Virus record (IMG/VR): IMGVR_UViG_3300017784_003193
Coordinates: 1 to 29,091 of that record
DNA: 29,091 bases
Reading direction: 5' to 3' (one strand)
Source: a virus
Lineage: Duplodnaviria > Caudoviricetes
The notes beneath the pieces are model-generated. The model was not told where the DNA came from, did not search any database, and saw nothing but the letters and a program-made list of their open reading frames with translations. Below are positions 18,813 through 26,618 of this stretch, piece by piece. The stretch's first letter is position 1; each line of letters starts with the position of its first letter. The translations under genes were made by a program, and so were the position numbers.

Positions 18813-18901
18813 CTGAAATTATTTTTAGAATTTCTTTTGGACTAATTGCATTTATTCTTTTAATAAAAGTAATGCGTAATTTATTAAATAATTTAAAATG
18901 A
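18803..18901 (+). CDS. 32-aa single-TM micro-protein
   Basis: MDIAEIIFRISFGLIAFILLIKVMRNLLNNLK; overlaps the GT25 end; its stop overlaps the next ATG. Confidence 0.45.
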   Translation: MDIAEIIFRISFGLIAFILLIKVMRNLLNNLK

Positions 18902-18951
18902 AAAAAACACTTGATCAGATAATTGACTCATTTATATACAAATCGAAATGA
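18898..18951 (+). CDS. 17-aa micro-ORF
   Basis: MKKTLDQIIDSFIYKSK; ATGA overlaps at both ends (18898-18901 and 18948-18951). Confidence 0.35.
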   Translation: MKKTLDQIIDSFIYKSK

Positions 18952-19463
18952 TACAATACAGACGAGACTTAAACCAGATTATTGACTTGACTTTACCGGC
19001 CGCTGAGATAGGCGTAGCCGAGGGATACTTTAGCGCGGACATACTCTCGTGGGGTGTTCCAAAATTATACATGGTGGACGCGTGGAAGCATCTGGAGGTT
19101 GCGGGCGATGGTGCTAATTCTCAGGAGTGGCACGAAAAAAACTATAACGCTGCAATAGGCCGGACAAGTAAATATAATCGTGAAATATTACGAGGTATTT
19201 CGTGGGAGATGGCCGCACAAGTTCCGGACGAATCTTTGTGTTTTATAAACATTGACTGCGATCATTCATACGAGGGAGTAAAAAAAGACATTGCCGCATG
19301 GTGGCCGAAGCTAGTTAAAGGCGGGGTAATGGCTTTCCATGACTACGAGAATAATGCCTACGGGGTGAAGCAAGCCGTTAAAGAATTTGCATCCGGCATT
19401 GAAATTCATTTACTACCAGAGGATAAACCAGAAGATGCGGGGGCTTACCTTGTCAAGAAATGA
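18948..19463 (+). CDS. class I SAM methyltransferase (Methyltransf_24-like)
   Basis: AEIGVAEG, YMVDAW, IDCDHSYEGV, GGVMAFHDY motifs. Confidence 0.88.
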   Translation: MIQYRRDLNQIIDLTLPAAEIGVAEGYFSADILSWGVPKLYMVDAWKHLEVAGDGANSQEWHEKNYNAAIGRTSKYNREILRGISWEMAAQVPDESLCFINIDCDHSYEGVKKDIAAWWPKLVKGGVMAFHDYENNAYGVKQAVKEFASGIEIHLLPEDKPEDAGAYLVKK

Positions 19464-20887
19464 GAACGGCTATAATATTTTCGGGGACTTCTTACAACTT
19501 TAAGTTTTCCGTTGAATCGTTAATGAAGAACCTTATCATACCTAATGATGCCGATGTTTTTATTTTAACGTCACGTTACAACATGAGGAGGCGGACGGTG
19601 GCCACAGAAAAAAAATATCTAGTTGAGAACTGGTCGGACTGGGTTGAGAAGTCGCTAACCATTGAACGCAACGATACTTCAGTAACGGAGGCGGACATAC
19701 AACTTATTAAAGATGCCTTTGGGAATAGGTTAAAGGGTCTTTATTTTATTGACGACATGCCTGACTATCAACTTCATTTAGCCCGTGAACGTAACCGGCT
19801 GATGGATTTGATAAACTTTTACAGGTCCAATAATATGCCGGCCCCGTTTGGTGGCGATGTGACAGACTCCAACAACGGCAATATAAGATGCATTATAGAT
19901 CAGTACAACCACGTAAAAAAATGCTTTGAGTTAATGAAGCGTTACGAAATTAGCAACGGAAAGTATGATTACGTTATGCGGGTGAGGTTGGACTTTATTT
20001 GTCCTTTTGAGTTTAATATATCACATTACTATTTAGGGCAGGACTTCCACTATCTTTATAGTTGCGGAAGTTTCAGAACCGACCCGATGGAGTGGGCTGA
20101 TGAGTTTTGTTTTTTTGCGCCGAGGGATATAGCAGAAAATGTATTCATGAATATGGATAAGATGGGTTTCGTTCCTGCGGGTAAGCGTATAACGGTAAAT
20201 GAAAGCAATGATTTTATATTTGCGCCAGAGACTCAGTTTTCTCTTTTACTACACGAACTTGATATTAAGGTAAGGAATGTTAAAATCTTCAGGTCGGGCT
20301 ATTACTCACACGGTGGGGACGGGTACGACTATATGAACTACCGATTTAGGCGCGATGATATAAGCCTGGAACATGAATATGAGATAGCGTGCATTGGACC
20401 GAGCGACATAAACGAACACCTTCCTGTACTTCGTGAATATGCCGAGAAGTGCGAAACGATCACAGAGTTAGGTACGCGATATGGAAACAGTACGATGGCT
20501 TTCATGGCTTCAAAAAAGAAGGTTATTACTTATGATGTTCAGCACAATGATAAGTTAGATTACCTCAAAGAGATGGGCAGGCAAAATAATTTAGACTTTG
20601 AAATAAAGTTAATCAATCCACAGGAGATTGAGGAAACCGATTTACTATTCATTGACACCGATCACCACGTAGAGCAATGCTCAAAGGAATTAGGGTTACA
20701 TCATAGCAAGGTTAAAAAGTATTTAATCTTCCATGACGTTGTTAGCTTTTGGGAGAAGGGGCAGGGGCATGAAAGCGGTGGAGGGTTGCGTTACGCGATT
20801 GAACCTTTTATGAACAGTCACCCCGAATGGAAACAGGTTTACAGGGCGGAAAATAATAATGGACTTTTAATACTTGAAAGATGCTAA
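19460..20887 (+). CDS. fusion of a putative glycosyltransferase-like domain and a SAM methyltransferase
   Basis: N-terminal AIIFSG, DVFI, YDYVMRVRLD; C-terminal SDINEHL, ELGTRYGNST, LFIDTDH, IFHD, NNNGLLIL. Confidence 0.7.
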   Translation: MRTAIIFSGTSYNFKFSVESLMKNLIIPNDADVFILTSRYNMRRRTVATEKKYLVENWSDWVEKSLTIERNDTSVTEADIQLIKDAFGNRLKGLYFIDDMPDYQLHLARERNRLMDLINFYRSNNMPAPFGGDVTDSNNGNIRCIIDQYNHVKKCFELMKRYEISNGKYDYVMRVRLDFICPFEFNISHYYLGQDFHYLYSCGSFRTDPMEWADEFCFFAPRDIAENVFMNMDKMGFVPAGKRITVNESNDFIFAPETQFSLLLHELDIKVRNVKIFRSGYYSHGGDGYDYMNYRFRRDDISLEHEYEIACIGPSDINEHLPVLREYAEKCETITELGTRYGNSTMAFMASKKKVITYDVQHNDKLDYLKEMGRQNNLDFEIKLINPQEIEETDLLFIDTDHHVEQCSKELGLHHSKVKKYLIFHDVVSFWEKGQGHESGGGLRYAIEPFMNSHPEWKQVYRAENNNGLLILERC

Positions 20888-21504
20888 TAGATTTCAGAAC
20901 ACTATTCCCAAAGTATAATATAAAACCTAAAGGGGTGCTTCACGTGGGGGCGAATGTAGGGGAGGAGGCACCCGTTTATTTAGAGCTTGGAATTAAAAGG
21001 CAACATTGGATAGAGGCTAACGAATATATATTTGCAAAACTAGTTTCGAATATTTCAAATAATACAGAGGCAACGGCTCAAAATATTTGTATTGGTGACA
21101 CTACAGATGAATTGGTTATTTTCCACATTTCAAACAATGGTAGCCAATCAAGTTCAATACTTGAATTAGGAACTCATAAGACAGCTCACCCAGAAGTTCA
21201 CTATGTTGAAGAAGTGGAAATGAGGACTGTTCGAATTGATATGATTATACCTGAATTAATTAATGGCTTAGACTTTCTAAACATCGACCTGCAAGGGGCA
21301 GAGCTAAAGGCACTCAAAGGAATGGGCGACCTACTCCATCAATTCAAATGGGCTTACCTTGAGGTCAACAAAGAGGAACTTTACAAAGGGTGTGCTTTAG
21401 TAGGTGAAATTGATTCTTATTTATCCGGCTTTAAATTTCAACGAGTGGAAACAAAGTGGTGTGGAAATACTGGCTGGGGGGATGCTCTTTATGTTAAAGG
21501 TTGA
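20881..21504 (+). CDS. FkbM family methyltransferase
   Basis: LHVGANVGEE, IEAN, SSSIL, LNIDLQGAEL, YLEVN motifs. Confidence 0.9.
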   Translation: MLIDFRTLFPKYNIKPKGVLHVGANVGEEAPVYLELGIKRQHWIEANEYIFAKLVSNISNNTEATAQNICIGDTTDELVIFHISNNGSQSSSILELGTHKTAHPEVHYVEEVEMRTVRIDMIIPELINGLDFLNIDLQGAELKALKGMGDLLHQFKWAYLEVNKEELYKGCALVGEIDSYLSGFKFQRVETKWCGNTGWGDALYVKG

Positions 21505-22261
21505 GACTTTTTTAATTACCTGGAACCGTCAGGACACGATCCATCTAACGGTATCGCACTACCTTAAACTAGGCCGTGTAATAGTCTTTGACAATTTCAG
21601 CGATGACAACACCCGCGAAATCTGCGAGGCTTTAGGCGCGGAAGTAAGGTTATTTGGGCAGGCGGGAGTATTAAGTGATCAGGCTTATCTTGATGTGAAA
21701 AACCATTGCTGGAAAGGATCAGAAGCGGATTACGTGATAGTTTGCGATGATGACGAGATACTTTACCATGAGGATTTAAACTTTCTATTGAAGCAGGAAA
21801 GATTGTGGGGTACTACTATTTTCAGGACACAAGGGTATTCGATGTTCTCGGAGGATGCTCCACGTGAAACCTTTTTAGAGATTAAGACCGGAATCAGGGA
21901 TAACAAATATTCGAAATCAGTAATTTTTGACCCTTCCAAAGTTAAGGAGATCGGATATGTTTACGGGTGCCATGAGTGCAATCCTAAAGGAACATTGAAC
22001 TACTCCAAAGAATTGCTTTATTTACTGCATTACAACGCGGTGGGCGGGGCGCAAAGAATGATTGACAGACATATACTCTACGAAGAAAGACGGCTTAAAT
22101 CGCCTGTAAACGTGCGCTGGGGTTTAGGGAAAGAGTATGGATATTCAGCAGAAAGCAAAAGAAAATGGTTCAAGGAACAATTAGAAAAGTCAAAAGCTTT
22201 ATCCGAGGATGGGCAACCCTTCTGCGGTGGAGTACTCCCGAATTTGCAAGGGAACGGCTAA
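21491..22261 (+). CDS. glycosyltransferase family 2-like
   Basis: ATG start at 21491 preferred over the track's 21404; VFDNFSDDNT, DYVIVCDDDE, LLHY motifs. Confidence 0.8.
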   Translation: MLKVETFLITWNRQDTIHLTVSHYLKLGRVIVFDNFSDDNTREICEALGAEVRLFGQAGVLSDQAYLDVKNHCWKGSEADYVIVCDDDEILYHEDLNFLLKQERLWGTTIFRTQGYSMFSEDAPRETFLEIKTGIRDNKYSKSVIFDPSKVKEIGYVYGCHECNPKGTLNYSKELLYLLHYNAVGGAQRMIDRHILYEERRLKSPVNVRWGLGKEYGYSAESKRKWFKEQLEKSKALSEDGQPFCGGVLPNLQGNG

Positions 22262-22410
22262 GAATCTGCAGAACGTGCCCACATAATATAAGTTTATTCG
22301 GTTGGCTTAAATTATGGATATGCGGGAAATGTGGGTGTCCGTTGGCGGCTAAGGCTCGATCAGAGGACGAACAATGTCCGGAAAATAAATGGCCGAATGA
22401 AATTACTTGA
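22165..22410 (+). CDS. small Cys-rich protein (DUF6171-like)
   Basis: RLRICRTC...CGKCGCPLAAK...CPENKW pattern. Confidence 0.7.
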   Translation: MVQGTIRKVKSFIRGWATLLRWSTPEFARERLRICRTCPHNISLFGWLKLWICGKCGCPLAAKARSEDEQCPENKWPNEIT

Positions 22411-22443
22411 CCTACTTAGGGGCAATTCAAAAAAGTAATTTTG
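22407..22443 (+). promoter_or_regulatory. late promoter: TTGACCTAcTTAGG box plus -7 box TAATTTTG
   Basis: second copy of the 10217-10253 motif, 4 nt before the portal GTG. Confidence 0.75.
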
Positions 22444-22447
22444 TTAC

Positions 22448-24094
22448 GTGAAAGGCGAAAATAATAATGACGGTAAAATTATTTTTGAAACTCGCGGAGG
22501 CGAAACCAAAGTTATTGAAAAGAAAAACCCAGTAGGAAGGCCGCGCGAATTTGCGTCCCCTACACCCAGCTTCTACGCATTCAACCCAGAGGCGATAAAA
22601 ACAGAATTAGTCACCCAAAGTCAAATAGACCAATCAGAAAACACTTTGCGCTGGGGGTTAGATGATGCTTTACCTCTTCACATCCTCAGTGCCATAGCTG
22701 ACAGCCCCGCAACCACCGCGTGCGTGGGAAAGATTGAAACCTATACAATGGGCGCGGGCTTCTCAGATGCCGGACTTATGACAATGCCTATTGACGCGTC
22801 AGGGGGCACGCTTTGGGACTTACACTGTTCGATAGTTCAATTCTTTGCAGCCCTTGACGGCTATGCTTTGAACTTCAAATACAACCTCAAAGGCAAGATC
22901 ATCCAGGCTTTCAACATGGACGTTTCCGCCTGCAGACTTGTCGCTCAGGTCGGCTCAGATAAAATCAATGCCCTGAAATATAACCCCTATTTTGGAACGC
23001 GGGAATACCAACAGGACCAATCCAAAGCCTACCATCTTTTTAACATGGAGAACGTACGGACGGAAAAGAACCTCCCTAACTATGAAGGGCAGGCGTATTT
23101 CTACGGAACGAAAAGAACTTTATTCAAGCATTACCCTGTGCCTAAATTCTGGGCAGGCAAAAAGTGGATTTATTCAGATGCTAAAATAGCTACCTATTCA
23201 GAAAAGACTTTAGACAACGGATTTTTTGAATCTGTATTGATGAAGATGATCGGAAACCCCAACGCTATGTCACAACATCCTACCGCTATGAAGGAGGTGA
23301 CGGGAACGGACGGGGTGATAAGAAAAGAAAGTTATAAGACCGAGGGCCAGGTTTTCAACGAAATGATGGGCGCGAACTTTTCCGGAGTGGAGAAGGCGGC
23401 AAAAGCTATGGTACTTTGGGCGATGAACAAAGACCAGAGCCCCTCACTAGAGGCTTTTCCAACGTCTGTTAACGCTGATCTTTTGCAGGCAATGACAAAC
23501 ATCATCACCCGTCAGATCGCTTTGTCTACGGAGGTTCCCGCTATCCTTGCCAACTTACCAGATTCAACTTCACCGCTATCAGGTCAGGACGCTTTGAAAA
23601 ATGCAGTTGAGTTCATGCAAAGCAACACCGTGGCAAAGCGAAACAACCTAGAAAACTTTTATAATAACATTCTACTTCAAAATTTCGAAGGGGCGGGCAA
23701 GGCTAAAGTAAAGATTCTACAATATACCCCCGTAGGTGTTTCGGTTACGGTTGAGGATAAGTTCTGGGAGTTTATGAACGAAGCTGAAAAGATCGCTTTC
23801 ATAAATAAAAACGAACCAAATATAGAGATAATCAGAACACCGGCAGCCGCGACAAACACCGCCCCGGCTACGGTAGACGAAAACGGAAACGCAGTGGAGG
23901 CCCCAACGGCCCCAACGGTAGACGAAAATATTAAGTCCATGAAGGTATCTGAAATAAACAGGATTCTTTCTATTGTGAAGAAATTCAATTCAGGACAGTT
24001 GACAATAGAGCAGGCTAAACAACTTTTGGCGGGCTATGGATTGAACGAAGAACAGCAGACGGCATGGCTAAACCCTAACCCCGTAGAGTTATGA
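22448..24094 (+). CDS. portal protein
   Basis: 548 aa; WG.DD..P, SPATTACV, YPVP, NGFF, FSG..KA motifs typical of Bacteroidota phage portals; followed by an adaptor gene. Confidence 0.8.
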   Translation: MKGENNNDGKIIFETRGGETKVIEKKNPVGRPREFASPTPSFYAFNPEAIKTELVTQSQIDQSENTLRWGLDDALPLHILSAIADSPATTACVGKIETYTMGAGFSDAGLMTMPIDASGGTLWDLHCSIVQFFAALDGYALNFKYNLKGKIIQAFNMDVSACRLVAQVGSDKINALKYNPYFGTREYQQDQSKAYHLFNMENVRTEKNLPNYEGQAYFYGTKRTLFKHYPVPKFWAGKKWIYSDAKIATYSEKTLDNGFFESVLMKMIGNPNAMSQHPTAMKEVTGTDGVIRKESYKTEGQVFNEMMGANFSGVEKAAKAMVLWAMNKDQSPSLEAFPTSVNADLLQAMTNIITRQIALSTEVPAILANLPDSTSPLSGQDALKNAVEFMQSNTVAKRNNLENFYNNILLQNFEGAGKAKVKILQYTPVGVSVTVEDKFWEFMNEAEKIAFINKNEPNIEIIRTPAAATNTAPATVDENGNAVEAPTAPTVDENIKSMKVSEINRILSIVKKFNSGQLTIEQAKQLLAGYGLNEEQQTAWLNPNPVEL

Positions 24095-24642
24095 AACTAC
24101 TAATCCCATTGGCTTACTTGAATGAAGCTTGTTTCCTTTCTGAGAACATAGACGAAAAGAAGTTCAAGATGGTCCTAAACATAGCACAGGAGGACTTACA
24201 GGATATTTTAGGGGCGGAGTTCTACGCACAAATCGAAACGCAATACGAGCCTTTCAATGATACGCTTTCGTCAGCTAACTCTACGTTATATGAGGACTAT
24301 CTAAAACCGTTTTTGGCGTGGGCTTCCTATCACCGTTTATTAGGGTTCTCGCAAAGTGAATCAACCCCAACGGGTGAACGGTCTTTCAAAGATGAGAACA
24401 GCGACCTGCTAGCAGATATAGCGTTACACTCAAAAGAAAAGAACGTACTTTCGATGGTATCACGTTATAGGAATAGAATTATAAATTACATTGAGACGGA
24501 ACAGTCAAAAGTATCCACCGCTTTTCCGTTATACGATGCGTGCAAGAAGGGTGACTTTGGGTGGGGCATTTCAGGGATAGAAAGAAACAGTTATGAAGAT
24601 AAAATATTCAGCATAAATAAAGCCGTGATAGGCAACGAATAA
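24091..24642 (+). CDS. head-tail adaptor / connector protein
   Basis: NID...AQ..LQDILG...YLKPFLAW motif; directly after the portal. Confidence 0.65.
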   Translation: MKLLIPLAYLNEACFLSENIDEKKFKMVLNIAQEDLQDILGAEFYAQIETQYEPFNDTLSSANSTLYEDYLKPFLAWASYHRLLGFSQSESTPTGERSFKDENSDLLADIALHSKEKNVLSMVSRYRNRIINYIETEQSKVSTAFPLYDACKKGDFGWGISGIERNSYEDKIFSINKAVIGNE

Positions 24643-24643
24643 T

Positions 24644-24931
24644 ATGGCAACAAAAATATACAAAGGGCAAAGCGTTACACTTTCAACAAGTGAAGTAGAG
24701 TATGAATTGGCTGGGGATGTTCAGTTCCCATTGACAACCGTTTTTATCAGGTTGATTTCCGGTACTGTTTCGGCTACGGTTGCGGCAAATAATAGAGCCC
24801 CAATACTTGACCCAACCTATACGAGTTTTTCAACCGCAGACACAAACCTACCCCCAATGGATATGCAGCCACAGCTAAGTACGCTTAGAATGAAGTGTGC
24901 ATCTGCGGGAGTAGTTCATGTAACCTGGTAA
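24644..24931 (+). CDS. hypothetical virion protein
   Basis: 95 aa, beta-rich, in the structural operon. Confidence 0.5.
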   Translation: MATKIYKGQSVTLSTSEVEYELAGDVQFPLTTVFIRLISGTVSATVAANNRAPILDPTYTSFSTADTNLPPMDMQPQLSTLRMKCASAGVVHVTW

Positions 24932-24932
24932 T

Positions 24933-25301
24933 ATGGAAGAGATAGGCACAGGCGCGGGGCAGCTTACAATTAAGATGCAGATCGGTTCGGTCTGGATTAA
25001 AGACTTCTATTTTAGAAGTTATAATTCTACAACGGCCGTTTACACCGATGATAGTTTAACGGGTGCTACATTCTCATTCTTCTTAAAGAAGTTCAAAGGT
25101 GACAGGCTAAAGGTTTTTAATCTTACACTTGGAAGCGGGGTGGCTTTCATTACCTACACGTCAAACGGGATAAGAGTAACGGCAAGCGCAACACAAACTT
25201 CTATTCAAGAGGGCGAATATTATTACGAGTTGAGGCGGACGGATTTAGACAAAGCTAAAATATCTGGATTGGCTTACTTAACATTTGATGCACAGCAATG
25301 A
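24933..25301 (+). CDS. BppU N-terminal-like fibre attachment protein
   Basis: LTGATF...LTLGSG...GEYYYEL pattern typical of fibre/baseplate adaptor domains. Confidence 0.5.
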   Translation: MEEIGTGAGQLTIKMQIGSVWIKDFYFRSYNSTTAVYTDDSLTGATFSFFLKKFKGDRLKVFNLTLGSGVAFITYTSNGIRVTASATQTSIQEGEYYYELRRTDLDKAKISGLAYLTFDAQQ

Positions 25302-25717
25302 GCGTAAATATAAATGTATTAGATCAAGTTATTTATGTAATTACTTACGAGGATAATACTGTTTTTGTTACTACTGAAAATAATGAGCCAGAAGAAACCG
25401 GTACAAGGGTTTATTTAATTTCTTCAACGTCTACACTAACGCCTAACGTTGATCTTTATGACATGGCTGTTATCACCGCACAGGCGGCAGCGTTGACGAT
25501 AGCAGCACCGACGGGAACGGCAGTAAACGGGAACGCTTTTGTATTTCGGATTACTGACAACGGAACGGCAAGGGCTTTAACCTTCAATGCTATTTATAGG
25601 GCGATAGGTTCGGCTTTGCCAACGACAACAACTATAAGCAAGACAATATATTTTGTCGCTGTTTACAATTCAACGGCTATTAAATGGGACGTATTTCCTT
25701 CAAATTTAGAAGTGTAA
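25298..25717 (+). CDS. tail fibre-associated protein
   Basis: T/A-rich; TIAAPTGT..NG...FRITDNGTARALTF...LPTTT...KWD domain common in phage fibres. Confidence 0.6.
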   Translation: MSVNINVLDQVIYVITYEDNTVFVTTENNEPEETGTRVYLISSTSTLTPNVDLYDMAVITAQAAALTIAAPTGTAVNGNAFVFRITDNGTARALTFNAIYRAIGSALPTTTTISKTIYFVAVYNSTAIKWDVFPSNLEV

Positions 25718-26502
25718 TGGATATAAAAAAGAAATGGTTTTTAATGAGTGGCGGTGGTTATAATGCCTACATAACCGCTTACATAGCAAGACTAACGGCT
25801 TTGGGCTACACACAACCAAGTGCGGCCACTCTTTCGGCAATGAATACATTCACGTCAGCCATCCCGTCAGTAATGGCTAAGCTGGACACCCTTTATATTC
25901 AAGCATTGAATGACGTTGCACTGGCTAACGCGGCAAATGTAAATATTATTACTCCCGCTTCTTTTCTTATGACAAGATCGGGCACTGTTTCTCAACTTGT
26001 ATCAGGATTTCAAGGAAATGCCGTGGACGGTTACGGAGACACGAATTATAATCCGGCCACTCAAGGCGTAAACTATTTACTTAATAGTGCTTCCCGTTTG
26101 ATGTATATTTATACAGTCGGTGCAGGAACACACCTTGAAGCAAGCTCAACGGGGGCAACGGTTTACAACCAAATAACTTTTGGCAGCTCGGCATCACAAA
26201 GGGTAAATTCAAATTTTACAAACTTAACTGGCGGCACTGTGGATATGAGTGGGGCGGGTTATAAAGGAATAACCAGACTTAACTCTACAAATCTTGAACT
26301 ATATAACGGATTAACAAAATCATCCAGAACAGCTACAAGCGTATCCATTGCCTCATATAATCAACAGATTGGAAGGCATGGAACCGTTGGATATTCGTCT
26401 CATGTATTTTCACTCTATGGAATGGGTGGTGCATTAACAGAGGCAGAACATAATCTGGTAAGAAGTTCATTCCTCACTTACTTGACGGCAATTGGACTAT
26501 GA
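25717..26502 (+). CDS. virion protein with a lectin/LamG-like beta domain (putative receptor binding)
   Basis: start at TAATG 25717 preferred over the track's 25684; FQGNAVDGYGDTNYNP and C-terminal LT..E.......TYLTAIG patterns. Confidence 0.55.
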   Translation: MDIKKKWFLMSGGGYNAYITAYIARLTALGYTQPSAATLSAMNTFTSAIPSVMAKLDTLYIQALNDVALANAANVNIITPASFLMTRSGTVSQLVSGFQGNAVDGYGDTNYNPATQGVNYLLNSASRLMYIYTVGAGTHLEASSTGATVYNQITFGSSASQRVNSNFTNLTGGTVDMSGAGYKGITRLNSTNLELYNGLTKSSRTATSVSIASYNQQIGRHGTVGYSSHVFSLYGMGGALTEAEHNLVRSSFLTYLTAIGL

Positions 26503-26615
26503 ATATAAAAGAGGTTTATTTTTTACTTGTAAGCAACACTACTTTTATTGACCCATTGTTTTGGGAAGATAGCACATCTTTTTTTTGGGAGGATAACACA
26601 GAAATTTTTTGGTAA
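26499..26615 (+). CDS. 38-aa micro-protein with FWED repeats (not in ORF track)
   Basis: MNIKEVYFLLVSNTTFIDPLFWEDSTSFFWEDNTEIFW; ATGA-coupled and fills the gap up to 26619. Confidence 0.6.
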   Translation: MNIKEVYFLLVSNTTFIDPLFWEDSTSFFWEDNTEIFW

Positions 26616-26618
26616 ATT

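Noticed and set aside
16825-21504. DNA methyltransferases or a restriction-modification system
   Set aside because: Motifs match FkbM and Methyltransf_24-type O-methyltransferases; no DPPY/NPPY/PCQ motif and no nuclease partner. DNA hypermodification is not excluded, but no hydroxymethylase or TET gene is in this window.
13502-22261. Host O-antigen locus or contaminating bacterial DNA
   Set aside because: No wzx/wzy/wzz, transporter or priming transferase; the genes are coupled to phage structural genes on both sides; no transposase or att-like junction is visible.
23860-23930. Short direct repeats (ACGGTAGACGAAAA twice) in the portal gene
   Set aside because: They encode a low-complexity APATVDEN/APTVDEN linker, an ordinary local duplication.
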